Shown here piece by piece: positions 31,871-42,221 of a stretch of DNA of 64,000 nt. The translations under genes and the position numbers were made by a program. The notes beneath the pieces are model-generated. The model was not told the DNA's origin. It searched no databases and saw nothing but the letters and a program-made list of their open reading frames with translations. Origin of the DNA: Nitrosopumilus sp. (lineage in GTDB: Archaea; Thermoproteota; Nitrososphaeria; Nitrososphaerales; Nitrosopumilaceae); contig OZ241857.1 in assembly GCA_965203315.1 (NCBI GenBank), positions 1,088,001-1,152,000 of the forward strand. The letters run 5' to 3'. The number at the start of each line of letters is the position of its first letter. Position 1 is the stretch's first letter.

Positions 31871-32338
31871 CTACTCACTACTACCCGGTAACATATATGG
31901 GATTGCTCTTGCGTGTGACTTCATCTCAATAAATGACTCTGATGATCGCACACCGTCGATACTACCTATCTTTGTCGCAACAATAGTATGCATCTGATCA
32001 AGCGATCTAGCATACATCGTCACTAGAATATCAAATCTGCCTGCTACTTCAGATACATCTCGCACACCGTCGATCTTGAATAGTTTATCAACAATACTGT
32101 CTCGTTTCTTTGCATCGATGTTGATTCCTGTAAATGCCTTGACAGTATATCCAAGCTCAGAATTGTTTACGATTATTGTGAATCGTTCGATCATCTTTCT
32201 CTTGACCAGTCGTTTTATCCTCGAGTACACCAACGACGAATTTGTGTTGATCTTTTCTGCTAGACGTAGGACGGTAATAGAAGAGTCATTAGACAGTTCA
32301 GTAAGTATCTTTAGATCAAGTTCGTCGACTTCGGTCAT
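31871..32338 (-). CDS. Lrp/AsnC family transcriptional regulator
   Basis: DELD.KIL..L N-terminal HTH; EV.G.FD RAM domain. Confidence 0.92.
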   Translation of the reverse strand: MTEVDELDLKILTELSNDSSITVLRLAEKINTNSSLVYSRIKRLVKRKMIERFTIIVNNSELGYTVKAFTGINIDAKKRDSIVDKLFKIDGVRDVSEVAGRFDILVTMYARSLDQMHTIVATKIGSIDGVRSSESFIEMKSHARAIPYMLPGSSE

Positions 32339-32402
32339 TTGTGGTATTTCTGTATATATTTTGGTGTTTATAAAGTTATTATTGTAAAAATTACAAGATA
32401 TT

Positions 32403-33485
32403 TTAAATTTTGCCTTTTTTATACAACATCTCTGCCAACAGTACAGCGCCCTTGGCCGAACCCATCTTTTTGTTGTGTGAGAACAACATGTACTTGAGAC
32501 CGTTGTTAAAGAGTTCTTCTCGTTCCACTCTGCCTATCGTAGTAGTCATCCCATCCCCGACAGTCTTCTCCATCCTTGGTTGAGGTCTAGTCGGATCGTC
32601 ATGGAATGCATAATAGTTCTTTGGGGCAGATGGTAATCCCAATACAGAGATATTCTTGTTACACATCTCATAGAGAGCCTTTGCTTTCTCGGGATCTATA
32701 TTTTCACTAGTCTCTACAAAGACCGATTCTGTATGTCCATCAACTACTGGTACTCGAGTACATGTACAACTAACTCTAATGTCCGCGTCGTTGATCTTTT
32801 TACCATCAAATGTACCTAGAATCTTTCTAGTCTCGCGTTTAACCTTTCCTTCTTCATTTGGAATATAGGGTAGAATGTTTCCAGTAATGTCCATTGCAGA
32901 GACACCACTTTTACCACCTCCAGAGATAGCTTGCATTGATGTCATCAAGACCTTCTTTGCACCATACATCTCGACTAGTGGTTTTAGTGTAATGACCAAG
33001 CCGGTTGTGGTACAGTTCGGTAGTGGTGCTACCCAACCCTTCCAGTTACGGTTCGCCTTTTGAATATCTAATAGATCGCTATGTTCGTCGTTGATACCAG
33101 GGATCAGTATCGGTACATCGTCTTCATATCTGTATGCAGAACTAGTAGAGATCACTGGCAAAAGAGCTGCCATATTAGTCTCGATATCTCTTGCAGCTTT
33201 GGACTCGATTGCCGAGAAGACCAGATCTAGACTATCGGTATCCAACTCATCGATCTGTCGAACTTGCATCGTTTTGATATAATCTGGTATCTCACCACCA
33301 ACATCCCATGCAATAATCCCATTAGGGTTTCGTAGCGCGTCAAGATAGATCTTACCTGCTGAACGTTCCGATGCTGCAATCTGGGTTACCTCAAACCATG
33401 GGTGATTCTCTAGTGATTGTACAAACTCTTGTCCAACAGAGCCCGTGACGCCCAATATTGCAACACGCTTTCGATCCATGTACAT
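32403..33485 (-). CDS. asd: Aspartate-semialdehyde dehydrogenase
   Basis: GVTGSVGQ, PNCTT, QAISG.G, C.RVPV.DGH, SHN. Confidence 0.96.
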   Translation of the reverse strand: MYMDRKRVAILGVTGSVGQEFVQSLENHPWFEVTQIAASERSAGKIYLDALRNPNGIIAWDVGGEIPDYIKTMQVRQIDELDTDSLDLVFSAIESKAARDIETNMAALLPVISTSSAYRYEDDVPILIPGINDEHSDLLDIQKANRNWKGWVAPLPNCTTTGLVITLKPLVEMYGAKKVLMTSMQAISGGGKSGVSAMDITGNILPYIPNEEGKVKRETRKILGTFDGKKINDADIRVSCTCTRVPVVDGHTESVFVETSENIDPEKAKALYEMCNKNISVLGLPSAPKNYYAFHDDPTRPQPRMEKTVGDGMTTTIGRVEREELFNNGLKYMLFSHNKKMGSAKGAVLLAEMLYKKGKI

Positions 33486-33745
33486 TACAACATTGAGGAT
33501 TAATATATTTCAATATCTGCAATAACTGTCAGCGCCTCATACAACAGGTCTTCAATGTATGTAGTTTAGAAACATACGAGATGTACGAATACGTTTCGAA
33601 AATTTTGTACATCTACGGGAGAGACTGATCAGGGTATGAGATACTTTCAAACTTTTGATGCTCTAGTTCTAGACGACATAAAGATCAATCGATAGTACAA
33701 GAGATGCATAATACAAGAGTGTTAGAAAGTACAATACATCATATA

Positions 33746-33874
33746 TAGTCGTGAACATAATAATTTTCCTAGTCTGCAGTATCACAATTTAGTGTTATTT
33801 GTTCTGTCAGAGGTAAATTCTGTCTTACACCACATATGTGGGAGTAGACAAGAAAATAATTCCGTTCGTGACTA
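33746..33874. mobile_element. MITE family A (~130 bp, IS630-derived ends)
   Basis: tagtcgtgaacataa ... ttccgttcgtgacta; homologous to 50072 and 57762; ends match the TIR of the IS at 56230. Confidence 0.88.
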
Positions 33875-34087
33875 TACCAAAGTGCAAAAGTATTTTCCAA
33901 GTAAATCGTAGAAGAGCATGTATGTAATTATGAATACATCTTTACGAAAATCAAAAGTACATCATTTGAATGATTTTGCCTATAGAAATAGCATATACAC
34001 TGTCGTCATTACAAGATGAGTACATCCATAAAAAGTACATATACGTTCTTTTGTTGTCGCCTTGGAAAATACTTTTGCACTTTGGTG
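33875..34087. mobile_element. MITE family D (213 bp, TA-flanked) abutting the family A copy
   Basis: Perfect 26-bp IR accaaagtgcaaaagtattttccaag (33876-33901 / 34061-34086); TA at 33873-33874 and 34088-34089. Confidence 0.85.
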
Positions 34088-34091
34088 TATG

Positions 34092-34206
34092 TTTGAGAGT
34101 GATGAATGAAAAAAGCATGGAACGATTGAGTACTATATTCAGATGTTTACTTACATGGGAGCGATAGGGCATAGATGTATATGACAAACTACTCAAAGTT
34201 CTCTAG
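34092..34206 (+). pseudogene. Possible C-terminal remnant of an IS66-like transposase
   Basis: NEKSMERLSTIFRCLLTWER*GIDVYDKL resembles IS66 C-termini; short. Confidence 0.3.
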
Positions 34207-34387
34207 GCAACCTGATATCATACTCAGGTTTTCAACATCTGGGAACATATCTCTTCCCTTTGTCGGAATCTACAGTTGGACTGATTTGAGACTTTATCTC
34301 AAATCTACAAAATGCTTTCGAGTCAGTGCAGATACCATGACCGTACAATTTTAGAATGTTTTTATGTCATTGTGAGGATGAAACAAC

Positions 34388-35002
34388 ATGGCAATTGAGA
34401 GCAAGATGCTAGAGATCAGCGAGGTTGAAGAATATGTCATCTTGTTGGTACATGTGGACGATCAACCCATACAAGGCAGACAGAAACTCCAATTTTTGAT
34501 GTATATGTTAGGTGGGGCATACAACGAGATCAGAGAGTTGTGTGATTTTACAATAAAAGATAACGGTCCATACAGTTCAATATTGGATAATTCTCTAGAT
34601 CATCTTGTACAGATTGGTCTACTAGCAGAGCTTGATGACGCCATACAATTGACTGAAAAATGCACATCATATGCCAAAGATATCGTAGTCAAAAAAGACA
34701 AGATTCTAAAGTTTCCAGGATTAATTAATATAAAGATGTCAGATGTGTTTGAAGTACAAAAGAATATTGTAAACGACGTAACCATTCTAGAGATGCTATC
34801 ATTTATGTATTGCTTGTATCCTGACATGCAAAAGGGTTCTACAACCTACGAGAAACTAAAGCCAGATATTAAAGAACATCTATTCTCCATGGTCGCTAAA
34901 GAAAAGTTTGGTTATAAAAGAGTAGGAGGATTGCTCGGGATACCACTGCACATAATAATGAAAGAGGCGGGTAAACGCGGATTACTCAGATTAGAGCTTT
35001 GA
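34388..35002 (+). CDS. Putative antitoxin: Panacea/SocA(YwgA)-like winged helix fused to a UPF0175-like C-terminal HTH
   Basis: I.GR.KLQ.L.Y and GPYS motifs; C-terminal K.....V..LLG.P...I......RG. Confidence 0.6.
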   Translation: MAIESKMLEISEVEEYVILLVHVDDQPIQGRQKLQFLMYMLGGAYNEIRELCDFTIKDNGPYSSILDNSLDHLVQIGLLAELDDAIQLTEKCTSYAKDIVVKKDKILKFPGLINIKMSDVFEVQKNIVNDVTILEMLSFMYCLYPDMQKGSTTYEKLKPDIKEHLFSMVAKEKFGYKRVGGLLGIPLHIIMKEAGKRGLLRLEL

Positions 35003-35490
35003 AGATAATAGACACATCCACATTCGTTGGAATATTCAACGAAGCGAAAAGACCAGATGTGTTTGAAGATCTTTTACAACTGGGACACATATTAGTAATT
35101 ACAAAATATGTGTTATCGGAGGTGGAGGATCCTACCACCAGTACAAACGTTAAAAGATTAATAACAGAGCGTAAACTTGAACGCTCAGAAAGAAACGCAC
35201 TTGAAGAAATTAAAGCTTTTCAACTATCTTATACAAATTTAGAGCCAGGTGAGACGGATGTAATCCTCACTTACCTAAAACTAAGCCAATACACAGACAA
35301 TATTTACTGTATTTTAGATGACGATGCTGCACGAAAGACGGCATCAAAATTAAAAATAAGATATACTGGTCTGATAGGACTATTAAAGATGTTAAAGACT
35401 CGTGGAATTAAGAGTCCAGACGAGATCCGTGAAATTTTCAAACTATTAAAAAAAGGTGGTTTCAGGATGCCAAAACATATTGATATCTAG
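34999..35490 (+). CDS. PIN-domain protein (DUF3368-like), putative toxin
   Basis: IIDTS, V..E, L.PGE..VI, ILDD..AR..A, G.IG.L; start overlaps the upstream stop. Confidence 0.85.
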   Translation: MKIIDTSTFVGIFNEAKRPDVFEDLLQLGHILVITKYVLSEVEDPTTSTNVKRLITERKLERSERNALEEIKAFQLSYTNLEPGETDVILTYLKLSQYTDNIYCILDDDAARKTASKLKIRYTGLIGLLKMLKTRGIKSPDEIREIFKLLKKGGFRMPKHIDI

Positions 35491-35728
35491 AGTACGACGT
35501 TAGGTCGACATGTTGTTTAGGCACGAAAAATAAACTTTTCATAAAAGATCATACTAGACATCCATGACAACTCAACATCATGCCCGAAGATACAGTAGAA
35601 GTGTCTTGTCACAGTATTTGGTCACATCTAGTCTCGTAAAGTCTCAAAACTCTTCTCTGTTTATGTATATCTTGGTTCCAGTATAAGATTAAAGTATCTC
35701 ATTTGCAAGATCAAAAAGTCATACAATA

Positions 35729-35840
35729 TGATTCTTTTCAGTTTACGTGGGATGAATGGTTACATAAATCACCATAAGATTCTAGAAGGAAAAATTAAAA
35801 AAAGCCTTGCGAAATATCATCCCATGTAAATCGAAGATCC
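35729..35840. mobile_element. MITE family C copy
   Basis: tttacgtggga..aatggttaca...aaaagccttgcgaaa...tcccatgtaaa. Confidence 0.7.
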
Positions 35841-35942
35841 TCTGTCATTGGTTTAAACTTGTACCAGAAAATGATCTTACATTTGTTCGGTCTACATAAT
35901 CAGACGGTAGAATCTCAGCGATAACACAATCAAATACTTGAT

Positions 35943-36788
35943 TCAACTATTCTTTGACTCTAGTTTTGACTCGATGACACGTCTGTATTTTTCGCCTTTG
36001 GGGTTAGAAGGATCTAGATTTATTGCAGTATTTATGGTATCTAGTGCCTCATCATAGAGTTCTAGACCATAAAACCTCGCACAAAGAGAATACAATATGT
36101 CAGGATCTTGTGGATCTAGTTTTGCCAGATACCTACAGCATTTTATTGACTCCTCGTTTTTGCCAACACGGTATAGCGCTGTTGCCTTGTTTATCAAAGT
36201 CTCTACATTATCAGGATCTGTTGATAGTTCCTCTTCAAAACACTCGAGTGCTGCATTGTACTTTTTTAGATCAAATAATAACAGTCCCTTGTTGTGTAGA
36301 GTTTGGTCATCATAGCTAGCTTGTAGAATATCATATATTGCAGGGTTTGTGATATCATCGGGGTCATTATAGGTTGGATTGTATTCTAGAGCTCTGTCAT
36401 AATAGTACAGGATCTCTTTTGCGAGGTCTGGATCTGGATCTCGGTTATATCTTTGGTGCAATACTAGTCCTTTAATACTAAACAAGGATTGATCATCTAT
36501 TCCACTATCCCTAGTCTTGTCTGCACATTCTAGAGCTTTATCATATTTGCCAGCATCATACAACATGGCTGCTTTTGTGGCAAGATATACTGGTTTATAG
36601 GCTTGACTAGCACACCGTATTGCATCATCACAGTGACCAAGTGCAACATCATGTCTTCCTCGATCGTTAAAATGCATAGCTTTGAATTGATGTGCAATTG
36701 CCACATCTGGATTTCTTGCAAGTATGTCATTACAGAGATCTAGAATCTCTTCACTCCTGCCTTCTCTTATTAGATCCGATACCTGCAT
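35943..36788 (-). CDS. Tetratricopeptide repeat protein
   Basis: TPR units; same subfamily as 24866 and 25896. Confidence 0.9.
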   Translation of the reverse strand: MQVSDLIREGRSEEILDLCNDILARNPDVAIAHQFKAMHFNDRGRHDVALGHCDDAIRCASQAYKPVYLATKAAMLYDAGKYDKALECADKTRDSGIDDQSLFSIKGLVLHQRYNRDPDPDLAKEILYYYDRALEYNPTYNDPDDITNPAIYDILQASYDDQTLHNKGLLLFDLKKYNAALECFEEELSTDPDNVETLINKATALYRVGKNEESIKCCRYLAKLDPQDPDILYSLCARFYGLELYDEALDTINTAINLDPSNPKGEKYRRVIESKLESKNS

Positions 36789-37183
36789 TGTTACAATACT
36801 AATTTGTTCATCTTCGTGTATCTTGTTTACCCTACTAGACCGTATTCATAATTCAATTTTGGCAAATATTGGAGTTTGAATATTTTTGTGCCACGTGTGT
36901 GATTTGGACTATTCCATTTATACCAAGTTTTAATATGTATGCAGATCTATAAATTCACAACATATTGTAAATTTACCTCTAGGATATCAAATATTTCGTC
37001 GATAACTTTAATCAATATTCAACTAAACAAGAGATATGCATAATGATGAGTGTGTGTTTTGGTTTATGCTAGGATGATCGTGCTAAGTGTCAAGAAAGAA
37101 CCGAATTATGAATAGGGTCTACTTGACAATCTCGTACTTTACCTACATTCGTCTTATCTTAAATTTTATGGTCTACCAAAACT

Positions 37184-37264
37184 AGATCTCTTTGGTTTAC
37201 GTGGAATAGAATGGTTACAGAAAAAGCCTTGTGAAATATTATCCTATTTAAATCCAAGAGATCC
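37184..37264. mobile_element. MITE family C copy with internal deletion
   Basis: gatctctttggtttacgtgg...aatggttacagaaaaagcctt...taaatccaagagatcc. Confidence 0.65.
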
Positions 37265-37395
37265 TACAACATGTAATCTAGTAGATACTTTATGATTTAC
37301 CTAGTTTGTGCCTTTTTTACGTCAGAGAACCGTTACAGTAGCTCATGAATCTTTAGATGCCAAAGACACTATACCTAGTAAGATCAACTCTAAAC

Positions 37396-38493
37396 ATGCA
37401 GCAGAAACCACGTGAGTTTATACTAAAACATAGACCTACATTACACGGTGGAAAGAACGCGATTCATTATACATCTAGTACATCTAGCGATCCAAAAAAC
37501 ATAATCGACTTTAGTGCCAACATCAACCCACTAGGATGTCCCACTCAGGTACTAGAGGCGCTACTAGATAACTTGGCCAATATAGTTGACTATCCAGATC
37601 CAAATTCATCAAAACTCTCTACTGCTCTAAGTCGTTATCTGAAACTAGATTCCAAAAATATAGTTATAGGAAATGGTGCCACGGAGATAATCTATAACTT
37701 TTGTAGTGCATTTCTTGCAAAATCTAGAGTATTAATTCACATTCCAACATTCCAAGAGTATGAGAGGGCAGCATCGCTAGTTAGTGCTCGCATATCAAAG
37801 TTTACTACAATGGATCTGGCAGACGATGTTGAATTGTTTATATCAAATATCCCCAAACATGGTTGTGTCTTTGTGTGTAATCCAAATAACCCAACAGGAA
37901 CAATTGTACCTCAAAGAAAGATGCTCGATATTGTAAATGCTGCATATTCAGTATCTTCATTTGTATTCGTCGATGAATGTTTTATAGAACTAGCTGGGCA
38001 GGAAAGAGCATCTGTAATCAAACATATCAAAACCTTTGAAAACTTGATCATATTACGTTCTCTCACAAAGTCTTTTGGATTACCAGGAATTCGTATAGGT
38101 TATGCTGCTGCATCTGAACAGATAACAGATATCTTGACTAGAATTAAAATTCCATGGAGTGTAAATACGCTTGCTCAAATATCTGCAATAGCATCTCTTA
38201 AATGCCAAGATCATGTCAAGAGGTCTCGCAAAGTAATAACTGACGAGTATCAATATTTACGTAAAAAGATCAATGCCATTCCGGGTTTCTGTTGTTACAA
38301 ATCAACTACAAACTTTATTCTAGTCAGTACATCACTAGACTCGACATATATACAACAACAGTTATTAAAATCAAATATACTAGTTCGAGACTGCAAAAAC
38401 TTTGATGGTTTATCAGAAAATTGTATTCGAATTGCAATACGTACACACAAAGATAATCTAAAACTCGTACGTGCATTGGAGCAGATACAATGA
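37396..38493 (+). CDS. cobD: L-threonine-O-3-phosphate decarboxylase
   Basis: HGG, DFSANINPLG, YPD, CNPNNPTG, VDECF, SLTK.FG.PG.R.GY; first gene of the cobalamin operon. Confidence 0.88.
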   Translation: MQQKPREFILKHRPTLHGGKNAIHYTSSTSSDPKNIIDFSANINPLGCPTQVLEALLDNLANIVDYPDPNSSKLSTALSRYLKLDSKNIVIGNGATEIIYNFCSAFLAKSRVLIHIPTFQEYERAASLVSARISKFTTMDLADDVELFISNIPKHGCVFVCNPNNPTGTIVPQRKMLDIVNAAYSVSSFVFVDECFIELAGQERASVIKHIKTFENLIILRSLTKSFGLPGIRIGYAAASEQITDILTRIKIPWSVNTLAQISAIASLKCQDHVKRSRKVITDEYQYLRKKINAIPGFCCYKSTTNFILVSTSLDSTYIQQQLLKSNILVRDCKNFDGLSENCIRIAIRTHKDNLKLVRALEQIQ

Positions 38494-39320
38494 GATCCAT
38501 AATGATCCAAGGCACGTCATCTGCTGCCGGCAAGACTACTCTTGTAGCTGCGTTATGTAGAATATTTTCTGATCTAGGATATAGTGTATCTCCATTCAAA
38601 TCTCAAAATATGTCAAGGATGTCGTATGTAGACTCTGACTTTGAGATCTCTGTTGCCCAAGCAGTACAGGCCATAGCTGCACGTTGTGACATAACGCCTA
38701 ACCTAAACCCAATTCTTCTCAAACCACTCGGCGATTATACAAGCATGATATATCTAGATGGTAAACCCTACAAAGAGATGCACGCTAAAGAGTACTATAC
38801 TACCTTTATTGATACTGCGCTAACACATGCGACTAGTTCGCTCAAATTATTACACGATACCTTTGATATTGTAATATTAGAAGGAGCTGGTAGTCCAGCT
38901 GAGATCAACTTGCAACAATATGATATTGCCAACATGAAGATGGCAGATGAGATATCTGCTGCTGTACTGCTTGTATCTGATATAGACAGAGGTGGAGCGT
39001 TTGCGAGTATTGTAGGAACGATGTCATTGATCGAGCATAAAGAGTTAGTAGAGGGATTCATACTCAACAAGTTTCGAGGCGATGTTAAACTACTCCAGCC
39101 TGGATACGCTAAACTAGAACAGTTGACAGGACATCCTGTTCTTGGAACGATACCGCTGATTCATACCGGACTACCTGAAGAAGACTCTATGGGCTCCGGA
39201 CAGCGCCGAAAACAGTGGTACAAGAAAGATATTCTAGAGATCGATTCAGATCTAGATAGATTAGCAGATATTGTACGTTCTAACATAGATATGACAAAGA
39301 TTGAGGAGATCATACAATGA
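38490..39320 (+). CDS. cbiP: Cobyric acid synthase, synthetase domain only (276 aa)
   Basis: QGT.S.AGKT, PFK.QNMS, NPILLKP, EGAGSPAEINL, DIDRGG.FA, NKFRGD, PEEDS. Confidence 0.9.
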   Translation: MRSIMIQGTSSAAGKTTLVAALCRIFSDLGYSVSPFKSQNMSRMSYVDSDFEISVAQAVQAIAARCDITPNLNPILLKPLGDYTSMIYLDGKPYKEMHAKEYYTTFIDTALTHATSSLKLLHDTFDIVILEGAGSPAEINLQQYDIANMKMADEISAAVLLVSDIDRGGAFASIVGTMSLIEHKELVEGFILNKFRGDVKLLQPGYAKLEQLTGHPVLGTIPLIHTGLPEEDSMGSGQRRKQWYKKDILEIDSDLDRLADIVRSNIDMTKIEEIIQ

Positions 39321-40342
39321 TCATCGATGCTCCAATCTCTGACACATTCGGAACATTTGCTATCACATACACAGACATAATCGTAGTTATTGCAGGTGTA
39401 CTTGGTGGTGTGATTGCAGTTCTAATCGATCTGCGATTTGGTGATCCGACAAACCGATATCATCCGACTGCATGGATGGGCATCATAATCGCAAGGCTCA
39501 CTATACTATTCAAGAGTTCTAGTCCAAGACGAGAGCGTGTTGGAGGAGTCTTGATAATACTTGGAACAACAGGTATTGTACTGTCAGCTGTATCGTTGAT
39601 AACATTGGGATTACATCTAGTACCTGTCTCACTCTTTTTGATCAACGGTATCATTCTAGGAATATCTCTAAAGACTACTATAGCTATACGTGGTATGGTC
39701 ACTCATGCACTCGCAGTTCTAGATTCGTTAGACGATCTGGATACAGCACGTTCTAGTTTGTCTATGATAGTCAAACGTGACACAAGTAGTCTTGATCGAG
39801 ATCATGTGATATCAGGTGTATTAGAGAGTACTAGTGAGAATATGGTTGATGGCATTACCGGTCCTTTATTCTACTACGGACTCTTGGGATTGTTTGGTGC
39901 ATTTGTGTATCGTATTGTAAATACAGCAGACTCTATGATAGGATATCGCACCAATCTATTCTGCAATATTGGATGGTTTGCAGCAGTATCTGACACTGTA
40001 CTAAATTATATCCCTGCAAGACTTACAGGTCTATTGATTGTAGTATCGTCTGCCATGTTGAACTACAATTGGCGCGAGTCATACCGCATAATGCTGCGAG
40101 ATGGTAAAAAGACATCTAGTGTAAATGCAGGATATCCGATGGCTGCACTTGCAGGTGCATTAGGCATACAACTAGAAAAGATAGACTGCTATACGCTAGG
40201 TACCGGCAATACTCCCCTAGATCATTCTCATGTGTACAATACAATATCCATAATCAAGACGACATCGATCCTATTCTTTTGTACAATAACAGTACCGCTA
40301 GTTGTTGTCTTGTCACTTCTTGGATGGTGGATTCATGTTTAA
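39317..40342 (+). CDS. cbiB: Adenosylcobinamide-phosphate synthase
   Basis: GDP...HP, ES..EN..DG...PL, YR..NT.DSMIGY, NAG.P.AA.AGAL. Confidence 0.93.
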   Translation: MIIDAPISDTFGTFAITYTDIIVVIAGVLGGVIAVLIDLRFGDPTNRYHPTAWMGIIIARLTILFKSSSPRRERVGGVLIILGTTGIVLSAVSLITLGLHLVPVSLFLINGIILGISLKTTIAIRGMVTHALAVLDSLDDLDTARSSLSMIVKRDTSSLDRDHVISGVLESTSENMVDGITGPLFYYGLLGLFGAFVYRIVNTADSMIGYRTNLFCNIGWFAAVSDTVLNYIPARLTGLLIVVSSAMLNYNWRESYRIMLRDGKKTSSVNAGYPMAALAGALGIQLEKIDCYTLGTGNTPLDHSHVYNTISIIKTTSILFFCTITVPLVVVLSLLGWWIHV

Positions 40343-41060
40343 AGAGACCAGCTATGTGATATCATTTCTAACCATACTTCCATCAAAGGGAGCTCCACTA
40401 GATATCGTTGCCAAATACATGCATCTATTTCCAATAGCAGGAATATTGTTAGGTGTGGTCATAGGGTCTATAGGTTTTGGACTCTCAAATGTACTCGATC
40501 CACTGATAGCTGGCATGTTAATAGTTGCATGTATAGTCATCATAACTGGACTACACCATACTGATGGTCTCGCTGACTTTGCAGACGGAGTGATGGCTAA
40601 AGGTACTCTAGATACAAAGATATCAGCCATGCGAGATCATACTACAGGTACAGCTGGCATATCTGCATTGGTACTATATCTGATCGGTCTAGTAGCTGTA
40701 ATATCATTATCTAGCGGATATGAGTTGTTTCGTGCACTACTAGTCAGCGAGGTTCTTGCAAAGTTTGCTATGGTTTTATTGGCAAGTATGGGAAACGCCA
40801 TACCATCAAGTTCCTGCTCGTCATTTGTTACGATAATGAGAGATAGACGTAGACTAGTATTTGCAGGCGCGATAACACTACTGACCGTGATTCTAGTAGG
40901 TCAATTAGTAGGTCTGATAATGTTTGGTATCGTGATAACTATGGTGTTAATTCTGTTCAGTGTGTCTATGCAGAGTTTTGGTGGAGTTGCTGGAGATATC
41001 TTTGGTGCAACAAATGAACTGACACGTCTTGCAGCACTGTTGGTATTTGTATCGATATGA
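40335..41060 (+). CDS. cobS: Adenosylcobinamide-GDP ribazoletransferase (cobalamin synthase)
   Basis: FLTILP, TG.HH.DGLAD.ADG, MRD...G..G, FGG..GD..GA..E. Confidence 0.93.
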   Translation: MFKETSYVISFLTILPSKGAPLDIVAKYMHLFPIAGILLGVVIGSIGFGLSNVLDPLIAGMLIVACIVIITGLHHTDGLADFADGVMAKGTLDTKISAMRDHTTGTAGISALVLYLIGLVAVISLSSGYELFRALLVSEVLAKFAMVLLASMGNAIPSSSCSSFVTIMRDRRRLVFAGAITLLTVILVGQLVGLIMFGIVITMVLILFSVSMQSFGGVAGDIFGATNELTRLAALLVFVSI

Positions 41061-41635
41061 TCGGCATCATAATGGCAGGAGGTAGAGCCACCAGAATGGG
41101 CATACGCGAGAAACTATTACTGGGATCACGACCGGTAATACTAAACGTAGTTCGAGCACTATCAGAGTCGGAACGTTTTACAGATATAGTTGGAGTAACT
41201 AGTCCACATGCACCAGAGACTCGTCGAGTCTTGGAACAACACAACATAACCATCTTTGAATCTGCAGGTGATGGATATGTCGAGGATCTGAATCAGATAC
41301 TATTACACATAGAGGAACCCGCACTGATCATATCAGGCGATATGCCACTAGTAGACTCTGATATAATACATGATATACTAGACATGTATAATCCAAAACA
41401 TACATGGACTAGTGTCTTGGTCACTGTAGATTATGCTAAAAACATAAAGATCAGTCTCGAGACCACAGTAACCATAAACGGTACGCAATACTACTATACA
41501 GGAATATCACTAGTAGACGCGTCTGTTATATCAGATCTAGATGTACAGACCGAGAACTATATCATACTAGATGACAAGCGTGTTGCTGTAAACCTCAATA
41601 CGCAACGAGACCTAGAGTTTTTGCAAGATAATTGA
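41057..41635 (+). CDS. cobY: GTP:adenosylcobinamide-phosphate guanylyltransferase
   Basis: MAGG.ATRM...EK, G.GY..DL, N.NT..D; operon context. Confidence 0.88.
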   Translation: MIGIIMAGGRATRMGIREKLLLGSRPVILNVVRALSESERFTDIVGVTSPHAPETRRVLEQHNITIFESAGDGYVEDLNQILLHIEEPALIISGDMPLVDSDIIHDILDMYNPKHTWTSVLVTVDYAKNIKISLETTVTINGTQYYYTGISLVDASVISDLDVQTENYIILDDKRVAVNLNTQRDLEFLQDN

Positions 41636-42020
41636 TCGACGTAATTTCAGAGTACAAATTACAAAAAGTTTGAGAATAATAGATTACAATAGTAAACAGA
41701 TGCACTAGATGCAAAAAATAGATATACAGAGATATAGAAATATCAGATGACCTCAATTCCAAACAAGAGAGATTCAAAAGTCAAATATCTTTACAACAGA
41801 CTGAAATGCAATAGATTAGTGAAACCAAAGATGCAGATGTACAGATTGTCTATTCATGTTATACAATTCATATTATACACAGATACTATTGAATTTACCA
41901 TCCTTGCATTATTACTAGATGTCAGTTGGTAAATCATCCTATGACCACATAGTATGCCATGGTTATTAATTGACAAGAGTTCTTTTGAACCGATCGTTAT
42001 GTGAAATAGTTGTTATCCAA

Positions 42021-42221
42021 TTACGTGAGTTTTTTGGCATCTAGATCTGCATGCAGACGTGCTTTGGATCCAGTTGGTTTCGAGAGGATATTTCCACATG
42101 AATTACACATAACGATGGTAGATGCGTGAGAGTAGACTATCTGTATTTCGTTGCACTCTCGGCACTTTACCTGACTAAACTTGCTTGATGGCTCTGGAAT
42201 ATCGATATGATCTTTCTTCAT
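42021..42221 (-). CDS. rps27e: 30S ribosomal protein S27e
   Basis: P.S.F..VKC..C...QIV.S.A...V.C..CG..L..PTG.KA. Confidence 0.95.
   Translation of the reverse strand: MKKDHIDIPEPSSKFSQVKCRECNEIQIVYSHASTIVMCNSCGNILSKPTGSKARLHADLDAKKLT

Noticed and set aside
33951-34196. Short ORFs on both strands
   Set aside because: They span the family D MITE and transposase debris
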